A stretch of DNA of 63,507 nt, the filler included, from Reticulomyxa filosa (taxonomy: Eukaryota > Protista > Foraminifera): assembly GCA_000512085.1 (NCBI GenBank). It is 18 parts of 18 records of this genome, joined end to end, with 100 filler letters (N's around TTAATTAATTAA, not from the genome) between each part and the next. Parts side by side here need not be neighbours in the genome. Positions count along the whole stretch, not along the records: positions 28,075 to 44,406 come from ASPP01014167.1; positions 44,507 to 46,366 come from ASPP01021934.1; positions 46,467 to 47,671 come from ASPP01048332.1; positions 47,772 to 51,116 come from ASPP01011811.1; positions 51,217 to 54,027 come from ASPP01002992.1; 13 more parts are not named here. One strand, given 5' to 3'. The notes beneath the pieces were generated by a model, which saw only the letters and a list, made by a program, of their open reading frames with translations, had not been told where the DNA came from and ran no database searches. Position numbers and translations under genes: made by a program. Numbering within the stretch: the first letter of the stretch is position 1; each line of letters starts with the position of its first letter. Below, in pieces: positions 37,921-51,802 of this stretch.

Positions 37921-40061
37921 AATTGCTTTTGGTAGTGACAGTTGGTGCATTGGACGAATCAATAAATACCGAATCACAATCGAGCAATATGGACGTTGAC
38001 GTATACTTGCAATAATCGGGTTCATTTTGGATGAACCGCAGAGATTTATCACGTGATTGCACATTCTCATCTTCGGCAGCTTGTACAAACTCGGTAGCGT
38101 TGGATATGCTAATGTTGACGTTTGTGTCCACATTCGTGTTGCAGAGTGGCGCTTTATCCGAAAAAAAAGTGGACGTATTCGCCGACATTTCAAAGGCCCT
38201 TTGGTTCGCCAATGAATTGGATTTTGGCGTCGCGAAATACTGATCCAGCGCCATGTTTGGCGAGTGCAAAATCCTTGTGGACACCATGTGATGGGATGAA
38301 GTACTTTGGACATATGTGTGAAATGGGTAAGGATATCCACATAAGTTGCCATTATCAATGACATTACCGTTGTCATTGCTATTGTTATTGCTATTGCCAT
38401 TGTTGGAAGCGTTCCATTGATTGTGCTGTGACAGTGATATTTGTTGCGCCAACTCTTTTTGCATTGCGAGCAATTGTTGCAGCGTTTGTTCTTGTTGTGT
38501 TTTTTGTTCAACCATTTGACTACGTAATCTTCACATTTTTTGTTGGAATTTTCTGTAGATTTTTCTACCTTCATCCCCTTACATATCTTACACAACCCTC
38601 TCCTCCTCCTCTTTTCCTACTCACTTTCTTACCTTTGGATTTCATTTTCTTGTTGTTCAAATTTCGCACACCACATATCTCTTTCCTTTTCAAAATGCGC
38701 CTTCAAAAGTCGAATTACCTCGTCTTTCTCAATTGTTTTATGTGTTTCAAAAAAAAAAAAAAAGTATATAATTGAGTATACGTATGTGCAAAAAAAAAAA
38801 AAAAAACAACAACAAAACTTTGATCATGGTTATGAGCAGGTGAATTTGCTTCAATGGAAGATTGCGAGGCACCACGACGGAAATGGTGTTTGTCAGAAGG
38901 TTCATTGAAATTATACGCGTCGCTTCTCCCTGATGCATTTACGTTTTGAATTGCAGGGCTGTTTTCTTTGTTTGCTTTCAAATTGTTACTGTGTCTCGAA
39001 ATTGGTCGTTTATGGGCAGAGAGAAACGCTTTTGGAGACTCGACAAAGAGGTGATGAGATGGGCCTACTATCTGTGACTGCTCTCTCTTGGCAGAGTGAC
39101 TACCTGTATCGAGTTTAAAATTTGCTGACGCACCAAATTCTGTTTCTCTCGCCACTGTTGCTGTTGCATTTTTTGTGTTTCTATTTCCTTGTGTTTGTAA
39201 ATCTTCTTCCGGTGGTGGTGGGGTTGTCCAAGGAAAAGTGCTTTTTTGATTTTGATGTGAGCGTTTGGGACGATAAACTTGATCTGCTTCTCTAAGGATT
39301 TCTTGTTCATTTTTGTTATGCAACTCGTTTGTTTCCTTTTGTATACGTTGTTCTTCTTTCATCTCTTCATCCATTTGCAGTTTTTTTCGTTGCTCCTCCA
39401 GTCTCTTCTTTTCTTCAATTTGTCGTTCCAACTCGCTACGGTACTCCAAATACTCTCGCTGCTTTGCTTTCACTTGCTCTACTAAACACTGGCTTTTTTC
39501 TTCCATGTTCGCCTTTAATAATTTTTTTTTTTTAATTTCTTTATTTGCTTGCTTTGTAAAATGTTGCAAAAAGGATGCAATTTTTGTTGTTATTGTTTAT
39601 ACGTGTGTCTGTTCGAGTGCGAATGCAGCTTGCCGTTGCTGCAAGGAGTGCTGAATTGCAGGCTCCACACTGTCTTCTTCACTTGATTTGTAATCAAAAG
39701 GGTTTACGACATTTGCTATCTTGTCTCGCATGTGTGCTTGTAGTGCTGTGGGTGAGGAACCTGCAGATAACGGGTCGAGTTCTCGGAACGTGGCGGGATT
39801 CCGGTTGTTATCTTTTCTTGGTGCAAACATATTTAGAATGTGTACAAAATTTCGTTTCATTCTTTTTTTTTTTAATCTTGTTTAAATGAAGAAAATTTTT
39901 TTAATACTGATGGGGTGCTTCAGCACTGTAGACAAGTTTGCTACCACTGTTCCTCTGCGATCAACTATTGGATCACCTCCACCTCCTCGGCGCTTTGGCT
40001 CTCCAAAGATGTCAAAGTTGTCATTCTCAGGCTTTCGCCAAGCGGAAGAATGCTTTTTCAT
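37097..40061 (-). CDS. Large hypothetical low-complexity / coiled-coil protein, multi-exon
   Basis: Chain of minus-strand open frames (40061-39905, 39860-39600, 39520-38810, 38715-37500, 37430-37097) separated by AT-rich introns. Confidence 0.55.
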
Positions 40062-40405
40062 CGTTCCGGAGGCAGCAAAAAAAAAATGTTTCCTAAAGTT
40101 TAATTTAAACTCTTGTCCGTTTGCAAGTCTTTCTTTTCAACTGATTTGCATCAGCATAAAAAATGTGAGTGTATAACAGAAAAGCACGTTTAAGTCTTGT
40201 TTTTGAAGCAATATTTTTAATTGCGAGTATCATTAAGAAAAGGCTCCATTTTGTTTTTTTTCCTCATGAAATTCAACGATTCAACCATGCAAATGATAAA
40301 CATTTGAAGTTGCATACGTTCAAAGACTACAAAAAAAAGTTTGTGGTAAAGAAACAAATTCAATTCGGCGAAACCTAATTTTTGATGTTAAGAAGGACTA
40401 AGTCG

Positions 40406-43400
40406 TTAAAAAAAGCAAAACTTTCTTGTGGCGATGTCGTTTGGGAAAAAAACGAATATAACTAAAAAAGCAGCTTGTAAAAATGTTTTCTTCTTCGAGG
40501 ACAAAACAGGATCGGTTTGTTGAGTGATAAGTCGGTTGTTTGTTTGTTTTTGGGCACCCTTTGATTTAAATGTACACTCTTGACAAACCGCTTCCATAGA
40601 GAAAAAAAAAAAAGTCAAAACAATTAAAGATTTAGTGGACCAAATTGAAAAACACTTCATTCTTCAATTGAATATCTCTGAGCCACCACATTTTCCAAGC
40701 AGTGGCTCGCAAGTACAAAAGATAATGAGAGCTCTCTTTCCATCGATGAACGGAGAGCCTAACTGGTTTCAAATGGTCTTTCCAATGCGACCACTCAAAT
40801 GCCGTACTAGTCATTGCCGATAAAAATTTGTTATCTTTTTTATCTTTGGCAGATTTTTTGGCATTTGCAAGAGTGGAACCATTGCTATTTCCATCCAATT
40901 GATTTGCATCCAGATTGTTGTCATTGATATTGGTGCCATTGGCATTTGCAAGTGTAGTCGCGTTTGCATGTGCGTGTGCATGTGCATTGGTATTGATATT
41001 GGCATTCGCATTTGCAATGGAGACGATATTAGAATTGTCGTTTTGGTGTTGTTTATCGTCATTGTTATCGTCCTCGGTTGTTCCGATGGCTAGATTGCGA
41101 ATATCTTTGGCATCGATTTTGGGGAAATATAACAGAATGTTCCTGGAACGTATCCAGGGTTCGGCGATAATTAGAAACTCTTTCAAAAGTTCCTCTTTCA
41201 ATAAGAAGTCGACAAACACAATACGTTTCAAATTGGGTAAAATTTCGTTTAACTCCGCCAAAGTTTTGTTGGTCGTTTTGATTTGATCCAACAAGGGGTT
41301 ATAAATCAAATGTTTTTTATCCTGCCCATCATGTTCCACATCTTTCCAGTCCTCCGTCGTCCTCGTCTCGCTTTTTTCTATATTTTTCGCGGGCTGTTCC
41401 ACTCCATTTTGAAACAATGGCAGTAGCATCTTCAGCGTGCGAAAGTCTATTATCAGCTATTTGTCGGTTTATTATTTTTCCTTGCAATCTTATGTTATAT
41501 ATATATGTATATACATGTATATATATATATATGTTACTGAACTTCGACTAATTTGATACAATTGGAGAAATCAATACAATCAACACAATCCTTTGTTTTT
41601 TCATTGTATTCGGCGATTTCGGATTGAGACAACCCTCGCGTTTCGCTTTGGTTGTGATTTGGGTTGGCACTGACAAAATCGGGGTCCTTCACGCTGCAGC
41701 GGAACAGCTCCAAATACTTGGGCAGCGCCAAGGGGTGCTTACGATCCCATTTCACATCGAACAGCCGCAGCATCACCAACTCCTCGTTCATCGCGTTCAA
41801 TCTCTCTTGCAGCCATTGGTGTCTCCACGAGCCTTTTACGGATTCCAATGACAAGACTTTCAAACGAGGATAGTTTTGGCGAATGTCGTGATGCTTTTGC
41901 ATGCACATGCGCACATGCATATCAACGAATGAAAAGAATAAATAAAATAAAATAAAACAAATACATATACATGAACATGAACATGAACATGTAAATACAT
42001 TAGAAAATTAAAAGTAAACTTGTTTGTTTTGAACGAAAGGATTGGATTGTGTAAAGGAAAGGCATTGAACCAAAGGGAAGTGCAGATAAAGGAAAGGGAC
42101 ATTGTGTAGGATGTCGCCGTTGAAATAAAGGAATAAGATGTGTCGACTGGCCATTTCAAGCAAGTCGCCTAGCACGACCAATCGCAAAGGTTTTTTTTTG
42201 ACAAAGGCCCTCGTTTTCTTACGAGTCGCAGCAAGAGCAGCAGATTTGGCATCGACGTCTTTGTTCTCCTCTTTTTTCATGTCCGCCTCCATCATCACAG
42301 CGGCTTTATCAACTGTGGTTGTGATTGTGGTTATGGATGTCGATGTCAATGTGGATGTCGATGACAATGTGGATATTGGTATCAACGTCGCTGTTGCGAC
42401 AAATGCTGCACTTGTCTTGCAATCTTCTTCGATGCCGATATCGGCCTCAGTTTCTGTTTCAAAGTCGATATCAGTCTCTGCTTCGAGGTCGACCTCAGGC
42501 CCGACCTCGACGAGCTCTTCGTCCTCCTTTTCATCCTTGTCTTTTTCCTCGTCGTGTTGGACGTCGCGGTTCATCTCTCGTTGTCTCCATTCGATGCGCC
42601 GGTCGGGCCGTCTCCGTCTTGCTTATTGTCTTCATGTCTTTGCGGCGAGTAGGGCACGACAGCGTCTTTGGTTTTGCTTCGATGGACGCCGGGCGTCGAC
42701 TTTGATATCAATGGTGTGTCCAAGTTAACATCGACATCAACATCAACATCAACATTGGCATCAGCATCGGCATTGACATCGACACCAACACCAATATCAA
42801 CGTCAGCGTTGGCATGCACACTGTCAAAGCCAGAGTATTTGGAGCACGACTATGTATACCATTGCCATTACTATTCACATTGACATTGACATTGTTGGTG
42901 TTTATATTGGCACTTGCATTGGCATTGGAATGCAACATGTGAGGAGTGTACACTATATTGTGGTCCATCTTGCTGCTCTTCAAAGACACCTTTTTTGTCG
43001 TGTACGTTGTCACTTCAGTCAAGTCGCAGTCGATCTCCCACACGCCAAAATATATTATCAACTCGCGCCATATCGCCAATTTTATCATCTTTTGCGCGTG
43101 GTAAATGTCTATGTATTTACGATGGAAACATATATAGTACGCGCTTCGGCACGCTTCTTTCATTTGCTCTGCCGTGTCCAATGACAAGATACGGACCTTT
43201 TTTTTTTTTTTAATTCAGTCTTAGTTCTTTTTTTTTTTTTTTAATGAAAAAAAAAAATCTTTATACATGCGTCACACAACCTTCCTCTCCTCTTCTCAAC
43301 CCTTTCGCTTTTTGGCTTCAAAACTTTAAAGTCCGCCCAATATTTTACTTTCTGTAAATGCTCTCGCAAACTCTTGCATGTGTTGAACAGGTTCTTCAAA

Positions 43401-43543
43401 CCCACACTGTCCACATACGATATTACTGCGTCTATCAACGCTGTTGGCATCTTCAAAAACAGCTGCGCATCGGTCAATGGAAATATCAATTTGGGGTTTT
43501 CTTCCTCATCCAAAGCCAATAATCTTTGCAAATCTGGATCCAT
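40406..43543 (-). CDS. F-box domain protein with low-complexity inserts, multi-exon
   Basis: N-terminal FLKMPTALIDAVISYVDSVGLKNLFNTCKSLREH is an F-box pattern. Later segments are LRR-like (YPRLKVLSLES, LPNLKRIVF). The 3' end is uncertain. Confidence 0.65.
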
Positions 43544-44506
43544 TTACCGATATTCTTTGAAAGTTTTTTTACTTTAGAAATAAACTGGCCCCTCTTTGTC
43601 TCTTTCTTGTTTGCACAAATTTTTCAAATTATTTTGAAGATTTTATGTACTTGCAAATGAAAGTATGTTTATTTTTTTTGTTTGTTTAATAAAAAGAAAA
43701 AATGAAATAAACAGAAGAACTTTATGAGCGAACTTTACAAAAAGGAAGGTTGTCCAACAAGCAAAAAAGTTAAGTTGTACCATTAAAACATGTTATCAGT
43801 CCAACTGTTGTTAGTTTGTGCTTTTTTTTGACGTTTATGTTTTAGCAATGAAAAAAAAAAAAAGATTACAATATAATACAAACAATACAATACAGAAAAA
43901 TGTCATTAATTTGAAATCATTATTAAACATTATTCTTCAAAATGGATTAGTTTGCTAATTAAATGAAATAAGTCAAGTTTGATATAAATTATTGAAGTCC
44001 GACATAAAATTATTCAAATTCGATACAAAGATATATTGCAAACTTTACAAAAAAGTGAAATTATACTTAATCACAAAATTAATTAACTTATTTAGACAAC
44101 AATAAAAGTCGAAAATTCTACAGACTGATAATAAATATATTTCATCTTGAATATAAACGCAAAAAAGTATAAGTGATAAAAGCCAAGAAAACGACACAAA
44201 AACCAAAAAGAAACTAAAAAAAAAATCAACAGTTATCCAAGACATCAGAAGTGACAGAGGAGATCTACTTACACGAGCATTTGGATATGTTTTTTGATTG
44301 TTTAGGCAATTATATAACGCTTTGTTTCGCAAATTGCTTTTTTCTTTTTTCATTATCGCAATTGTTGAACATTTCTTGGATAGCTTATGCATCAAACGAA
44401 ATAATCNNNNNNNNNNNNNNNNNNNNNNNNNNNNNNNNNNNNNNNNNNNNTTAATTAATTAANNNNNNNNNNNNNNNNNNNNNNNNNNNNNNNNNNNNNN
44501 NNNNNN

Positions 44507-46366
44507 TAGTTGATGAGTATCCTCTTCAAATCTCTATAACTGGATGATTTATTTTGAAGGCTCTATACACATTCACAAGTTGAATTGAGGGCAAAATATG
44601 TTTGTTTTCAATAATGCCCAAAATAAAAAAGGCAGTGCTGTGAACCTGCTTAAAATCTTCCCATGTGCGGTTCACATTATCAAATACTTTGTTAAAAATA
44701 AAAAGAGGTGTTTGGTCTCTGGTCGATTCATATTGTTTATTGTACTTTTCCCAAATTTCATTAAACATCACACTTTGACTCCGTTCCAATATGATGTTCA
44801 TTTTTTGTTCATACGATTTCAATAGTTGGAGTTCATCTTTATAATCCTCTTTTACTTTTAAAAATCTTTGCTTTCGCAAACTCTCATTCTGTTGTCCAAG
44901 TTCTTTCAATCGATCTGACAAATCATGCTCAAATAAATAATCGCTGCGTATACGCTCGAACATGCGAAGTAATTCGAAAAATTGTCGACACTCGTTCACG
45001 ATTTTTTCTAAATTTTGTAATGACGGTTTTGAGCCCATTGAACAATAAGAAAAAATATCCTCAATATCTTTCCATTTTTGCATCAAATCTTCATAGACAT
45101 GAATAGGGAAAGATTGTCCTTTTTGATCAACTGTGTCAACACTTGATTGAAAACTTGAACATGGTGACTGCATTGGGTTTTTTTGTTTAAACCACGATTG
45201 ACATTCAAAGCAATATGCCAAACTTGAACAAAGCTTTTTACTTGCTGTCTCCACATTTTCTTCAGCTAAAACTTCTATTTCCGGAATATTGTTAATTTGA
45301 TCCAATATCCGTTGCCACAATTCCCATTTGACTTCTTTGATTTCCTCCGAGGTCCATTTCTTGTTGTTTAGCCATAATTCTTGATACCTTTCATTCACAC
45401 TTTCTATCAGATATTGATGAAACGATTTGGCCTTTGTAAATGTATCAGAAGACATCAGCTCAATTACTTTGGAGTGAAATGATACATTTTCAGAAGCGTC
45501 CTTCTTTTCTTCCGTACCATCTAGCCAATTTTTGAGTGAATCTTGGAGTAATTTCGAGAAGGGTTTATCATTACTTATCATACTCGAATTTGCTAATAAT
45601 TCAATCCAATAGACACGCTTTTTTTTATCTTCTAAGAGTAATTGCAATATGTTGCTTGTTAAAATTGTCTTTTCATTCTTTTTGTCTTCTTCGCCTTTCT
45701 TCGTTATGTGTCGTAGATTTATTATTGGATGCGAACAAAACAATACAGAGTTGTCAAAGATAAGTTAATGAATAAATGTATACATGCATGAGCAAATGAC
45801 GAAACTGTCCACATCAACTGCAATATCCGAGTCAACCCTTGATTTTCAATTCCCTTGTTGGTGTTGTTGAGTAATAATTGTACAGTAAGATCGGTATGCC
45901 GAGGATAGCACTGCAATAAAGTAACCAAATAACTTTCAATAAAAATGTTAGGATGAAATTCAGTGGTGCGCAAGCACAAGTCGAAGGTGACAACCTCTTC
46001 GAAAATCTTTTCGTCGATTGTCCGTAATTTATCAGCTTTAAAGTTAATGTTTTGCAACATTTTGCTAAAACACACAAATTCTTTTTGTTGAGTGATCCAC
46101 TTTGACAAGGCCAAGTAATTGAGACATGGAATTAGCATAAATTTATCAAACGCAGAACAAAGCTCTTTTTCCGTATTATCGTACAATACAGTTCCATCAT
46201 CATTACCAAATACAGAGAGATTGTGTACTATGATTTGAAGGACAAAAGCGTGGAGTTGTTCTGCTGACTTCTCTTTGGAAAGGGTATATATCATAACAAA
46301 AAATTGTCTTGCAGATAACCATTGTCTCATGTCCCACTCTTTCCAAAGTGCACACATGAATAGTGC
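44507..46366 (-). CDS. Internal fragment of a very large helical protein (lineage-expanded family, possibly RNF213-like N-terminal region)
   Basis: Two long ORFs (45722..46357 and 44526..45743) fill the contig, with no catalytic motif. Confidence 0.5.
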
Positions 46367-46699
46367 NNNNNNNNNNNNNNNNNNNNNNNNNNNNNNNNNN
46401 NNNNNNNNNNTTAATTAATTAANNNNNNNNNNNNNNNNNNNNNNNNNNNNNNNNNNNNNNNNNNNNGATCATCTTCCAATCACATTCAACATCAAAGCAA
46501 ATTGGTCAAGTCCTGATATCAAAAAACAAATAATTGAAGTATATAGGGAGGAAATTGGAAGAATGGAAACAATCATTACCATTATATTGTGGAAGTGATG
46601 GATCTTGGATACCATTTCTCAAATGGTGACTTTACGGGATGTGGTAGTTTTGATATTTGCATTGGTTGTTTATTCAAGTGTGGATATTGATCGGTCTAA

Positions 46700-47671
46700 T
46701 CCCACAATAATTGCCTCTTCATCTCTTCTTCACTGGTATAAATGGATGTCCATAATGCAACATCATCTGCAAACATTCCACGTTGAATTGGATGAATTCA
46801 TTCCATTTAGTACCACTTGTCCAAATCTATCAGATAGAAAGCTATCAAACCACCAATACATTCTACCTTTAATCTAAATTCATGTCTCATTTTGTATTTC
46901 AATCCATCTCTCCATATGCAGATGATATATCCAATAACACTGCATAAGTCACATCAAATGAAGAATAAATAGACTGTCAATCTGCCAGTATAATTCTTGC
47001 ATACGCTATGATTTCTATCTGGTTTCGGTATTGGGACAATATTCGCCTTCTTCTATAATTTGGGCATATCTAATTCTAAAACTCCAATCAAATAATAATA
47101 CAAGTGAATCAATCATCGCTTGACCACCATTCTTTATCATTTGATTGTGGATATTATCTGGTCCTTGTGCTTTGTTCATTGATATATGCCTCAATGTTTC
47201 AATCACCTCTTCTTCTGTAATTTCTCTTTGGTGGTACTCATTCCAATTGATGCTTTTCATCTTTGACCAATTGATAATGCTCTTCTATTTCACTTGAGAA
47301 ATCAGGAGGTTGTGGGGGTTGAGCAAACCACGATATCAATAATTCTACTTGCTATTTGATCGTTTGAGACAATGGCTGGAATTCATCGATCTAAATTGCG
47401 AGGATAACTGCTTTACCTTCTTGCAATGATCCAATTGTTTTTCCTGTTTTAATCTTCTCTTCAATTCACTCATAGCTTTTTGTATTTCCAATAATTTACT
47501 TTTGTTCTGTTCTTTCTGTTCTTTTTAATCGATGGACTTGTTTTCTTTTTCTTCTCAAGGCATCGCTCCACCATGGTTTGTTCCCTTTATTCACCATCTT
47601 TGTTCCAATGCTTTCCTTTGCTCAATGTACTGCATCGTCCAATGATTGTGGGTCATTTGGAAGCCATAATG
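46700..47671 (-). mobile_element. Decayed non-LTR retrotransposon (LINE) ORF2, reverse transcriptase region
   Basis: KPWWSDAL, EITEEEVIETL...KAQGPDNI, ANIVPIPKP, VTYAVLLDISSAY and MFADDVALW (46750-46776), with stops, frameshifts and internal deletions. Confidence 0.88.
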
Positions 47672-47825
47672 NNNNNNNNNNNNNNNNNNNNNNNNNNNNN
47701 NNNNNNNNNNNNNNNTTAATTAATTAANNNNNNNNNNNNNNNNNNNNNNNNNNNNNNNNNNNNNNNNNNNNTTTTTTTTATTTTTTTTATTTTTTTTTTA
47801 AAAAAAAAAAAAAAACAAAATTTTA

Positions 47826-48128
47826 TTGGGTGTATTTGCATCATGGTACGTATATAGACAAAATAGAGGTATTGACCAGCAAACTCTTGAGCTGCTTTTC
47901 ACTAGCAAGTATTGGAAGATGAGCTATGAAGATGTCATTCCGGTCGACTTTGCCACCAACATTATAGGACTCAATTATGGCATTTGGCCCCCGGCCATTT
48001 CTGAAAAACTTGAAAATGAGACCTCTGGCAAGTCTGAAGATTCACAAGCACCCGTGGTGCAAGCAACATCGTCGGAAAATAACAATAAAGTTGCGTCCGA
48101 AGAGGTTTGTTTGGTAAGTACTAACTAG
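47826..48128 (+). CDS. 3' end of an unidentified protein
   Basis: Open frame at the contig start, beginning with a hydrophobic segment. Confidence 0.35.
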   Translation: MGVFASWYVYRQNRGIDQQTLELLFTSKYWKMSYEDVIPVDFATNIIGLNYGIWPPAISEKLENETSGKSEDSQAPVVQATSSENNNKVASEEVCLVSTN

Positions 48129-49373
48129 CATTTAATTTGCTCTTCCCCCTTTTTTTCTTCGACAAATTCCGGATCGTCGAAACCAAATTATACAAATCAA
48201 TTGTTTGGAGAAAATGGTGTTTTGTATTAGTTTCTACAAATCGGAAAAAAATTTCATTCTTGTTGACTAGAACAACAAAAACGGAGCAGTTTATTAATGT
48301 ACTGGTCGCACTTCAATGTTTTGTCAGGAAAATTAATCAGTAATAATTTAAAACGAAAAACAAGAATGGCTTGGGGTCATTTGGAAGCGAATAGTATAGG
48401 CATACATACAATGCCAGCCCAAAAAATCACAAATCTTGGCAGGAAAAAAAATCTTTTTTGAACAATATTGAATTTCAAAATTTTTTACAACAATTAACTT
48501 CTTCAAAGTTGAAGTTTGGAATTAAGAATAATTTCTGTAAGTGTTTATGTCAAAGTTGCTTTTAACATTCGCAGTTACTTTAATGAAATCCAAAAATATG
48601 ACTTTTTCTAACATATACGTACAATTTTGTGTTTACTAATAAAATTAAGTCGCTTTGCTGTATGTTCTTTAGTTAATTTTAGCTTTGTTTTTTTAGAATT
48701 GCATATAATCTTTTCAGCTTAAAAGTCATAGTTATTATCGAATAAGAAACTTTAATTTTGCTTTTGACATTTAATAACATTTTTAAGTTTTTCATTGTAC
48801 TAACAACTTTACGCTGGGTCTAATTACGTATATCACAAAGTTCAAATACAAAAAAAAGATGATATTAATAAAGTAGCATTTTACGTTTACTATTTTTTTT
48901 GCAAACTACTGTATATATCTGTTGTGTGTTTTGTAATACATGAATTTCCGTACGCAAATAGTACTATTATATATTCTTTCATCATCAGTGTATTACAACG
49001 TACTACGTGATACATAGTCATAATTCTCTATATTTTAATGTAGTAATTTCTTCAGCTCTTTATTTTTTTAATTTACCTTACGTTTCCAAGTTGCGGTCCG
49101 ACATTGATTTTCAAATAAGAAGATAGATCTGATGATTTTTATATTTGAACTAAAAAAAATGGTTTTGCTTACTTTATCAAAAGTACGATAGATAAGATTA
49201 ATGTGTTATTTAATGAAAAAAACAGTAAATTCAATAGTGACATCCGATTCAGCATTACTGACAATATTTATTGATTGAGGTTTGTCAGTATTCGGTTTCT
49301 TGTTTGTTTATGTATTATTCATTTGTTTTGATTTTTTGTTCGAATGTTTGAAATTGATACAATGTTTCAATGA

Positions 49374-50051
49374 TTATTTTTCAAAGTGTGCAAAGCCAAT
49401 ATGCTCCATAAGTTTCATAAAATCATTAAAATCCACAAATTTGTCATTATTGCCCAAACGATCAGCGCGAGCCAACATTTTCTGTGTCGCGCTGTTGGTT
49501 ATCTTGTCTTGTTGCAGAATTAATCCAAATGCACTATAAATATCATCTTCGAAAATTATTCCACATTTTCTCCTGTCCAAAATGTCGAATACATATCTCA
49601 TATCTTCAAGGCTATAACGATATTGTTTTGGTTTTGTTCTTCGTTTTCGTTTTGGCTTTGTTTGATTGTCATTGCGATCATTGCTATTACTGTCTTGTGT
49701 TAATGAAACATCAAGACTTTGACTTTGGCTTTGATTGTTATCTTTTGACTCTCCTTCTATCTCATTGTCTATCATTTTTTCTTCATTCGATATTGCTGCT
49801 TGTGTAAGTGCTTCCGAATTTACCTCTTTTGATTTCTTTCGTTTGCTGACGATACTTTCGTCGCTTGTGTTTGGAGAAACGCTACGTTTTCGTTTCCGGC
49901 GTTTCTTCTTTTCTTCTGACGAGGAATTTTTTTTGTTTGGGTCTGCTTTTTTATTTGTACGCTTCTTTCTTCCCCCTTCTTCTTCTCTTGGGGGACTATT
50001 TTCACCACTTTGTTTCTTGGAGCGCTTTGGTTTTTCTTTCAAACTTCCCAC
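49374..50051 (-). CDS. Basic low-complexity protein with a C-terminal centrin/calmodulin-like EF-hand pair
   Basis: DMRYVFDILDRRKCGIIFEDDI and MLARADRLGNNDKFVDFNDFMKLM. Confidence 0.7.
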   Translation of the reverse strand: MGSLKEKPKRSKKQSGENSPPREEEGGRKKRTNKKADPNKKNSSSEEKKKRRKRKRSVSPNTSDESIVSKRKKSKEVNSEALTQAAISNEEKMIDNEIEGESKDNNQSQSQSLDVSLTQDSNSNDRNDNQTKPKRKRRTKPKQYRYSLEDMRYVFDILDRRKCGIIFEDDIYSAFGLILQQDKITNSATQKMLARADRLGNNDKFVDFNDFMKLMEHIGFAHFEK

Positions 50052-50531
50052 TCCTTCTTTTTTCTAATTTTTTTGATTTTTCTTGCATATTTCCATTTTT
50101 CAAGTCCACACAAAAGAGCAAGCCAAACTTTCTTGCTCAATCTCGAACTTCGCCTCATTATCAACGATTATTTATGCCTTAATAATCTTACTTGAATATG
50201 TTCAAATAGATTTTTTTAGAGCGAGCACATAATTGAACGGCTGCTTATCAATTTAAATTAAAAGTCTAATTAGAGTACCTTCAGACACATATAGCTGACG
50301 CTCTAAGTTTTTCATTGCAAGGTGTAGCTGTTTTAACTCCGAAACTTTAACAACAGTTGCTGTCTTTCTATTGTTTTAGCATCGACGATGTTATTCGAAA
50401 AACGTAATAATGTAAAACTTGTAAGAAACATTGTTTTATGTAGCAAGACCTGTGCAATATTTTTAAAAAGTCAACTGAGCGTGTTAAAACTGACGTTCAA
50501 GTACAAAAAAAAAAGGAGAAATTAAGAAAAA

Positions 50532-51116
50532 ATGTCTGAAGAGGAAGAGAAAGAATATCCCCTGGTTTCCTTTGAAAAAGTGCGTCAATATTATGATGTT
50601 GATGTCAAGCCAACAAAGGAGTTTGGCATTTCCATGGGTATGATGGAAAAGTGGTTGTACAAAGCTTCTGTTTAACTAGTATCAAAACACAAACAAGAAC
50701 AGTAGTGCAAGTAAAGACGGGAAAACATTTGCAATACAGATCGTGAGGACCCATTAAGCCATTTCCGAAAAGAATTTGAGCTTCCAACGGGCTTAGAAGC
50801 AGCGAAGCTGGAGCAATGTATATACTTTTGTGGGAATTCGTTGGGACCATTGCCAAAACGTACACGCACGTACGTGAACGAGGAGCTGAACAAGTGGAGT
50901 ACTATAGGTGTGGACGGACACTTTGACGGAAAGAGGCCGTGGATAAGAGTGGACGACAAATCGCAACGCTTGTCGGTCGACCTAGTAGGAGCAAAGAACG
51001 AAAAAGAAATCGCAGTAATGAATGGTCTAACGGTCAATTGCCACTTAATGTTTGTATGTTTAAAAAAAAAAAAAAAAAAAAATTTTCCCCTTTTTTTTTT
51101 TTTTTTTTTTTTTTTT
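50532..51116 (+). CDS. KYNU: Kynureninase, 5' part, 3' truncated
   Basis: DREDPLSHFRKEF, YFCGNSLGPLPKRTRTYVNEELNKW, GHFDGKRPW and EIAVMNGLTVNCHLM. Confidence 0.92.
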
Positions 51117-51802
51117 NNNNNNNNNNNNNNNNNNNNNNNNNNNNNNNNNNNNNNNNNNNNTTAATTAATTAANNNNNNNNNNNNNNNNNNNNNNNNNNNN
51201 NNNNNNNNNNNNNNNNTAATTAAATCATTTTTACATTGTATTTTTCAATATGACTATGTCAATATAAGTAATCGATACATTTGTAAATCATCGTTTTGTA
51301 TATTTGTGATTTGATTATTGAATGAAAATAATTGACAAAACGTATAAGTAATAGTTCTTTGCTAATCAAAAAATTATTTATTCATAAATGCATAACCAGT
51401 TATAAGTATAATGCATTTGAATGCCAGATGTTCACAAAGAGATTTAATATTTATCTGTTTTATGGTAACTGTTTCAACAAAAAAAATATTTATATGTATT
51501 GTAATATATATCAAATATTATAATTATTTTTTAAATATCATATCAAGTCAAGCCTAAAGAATTGATGTGATTTTTTCATATTGTCACGATCAGACAATGA
51601 AATGGATTAACAAACAAAAATAGATGACATTTTCCAAGCAAATCAAGTCAGTAGTTGAGTTTTAAAATGTGATATTATTATTTTGGTCAATTTCTGAGCT
51701 TGTTTAATATTTGATGCTTGCTTGTAATTTAATGCTAATTGTCAGAAAATTAGTGTGTAGAGTTTGTAGTACTTTTAAAGGGGAAAAGCAAATATATCTA
51801 TC

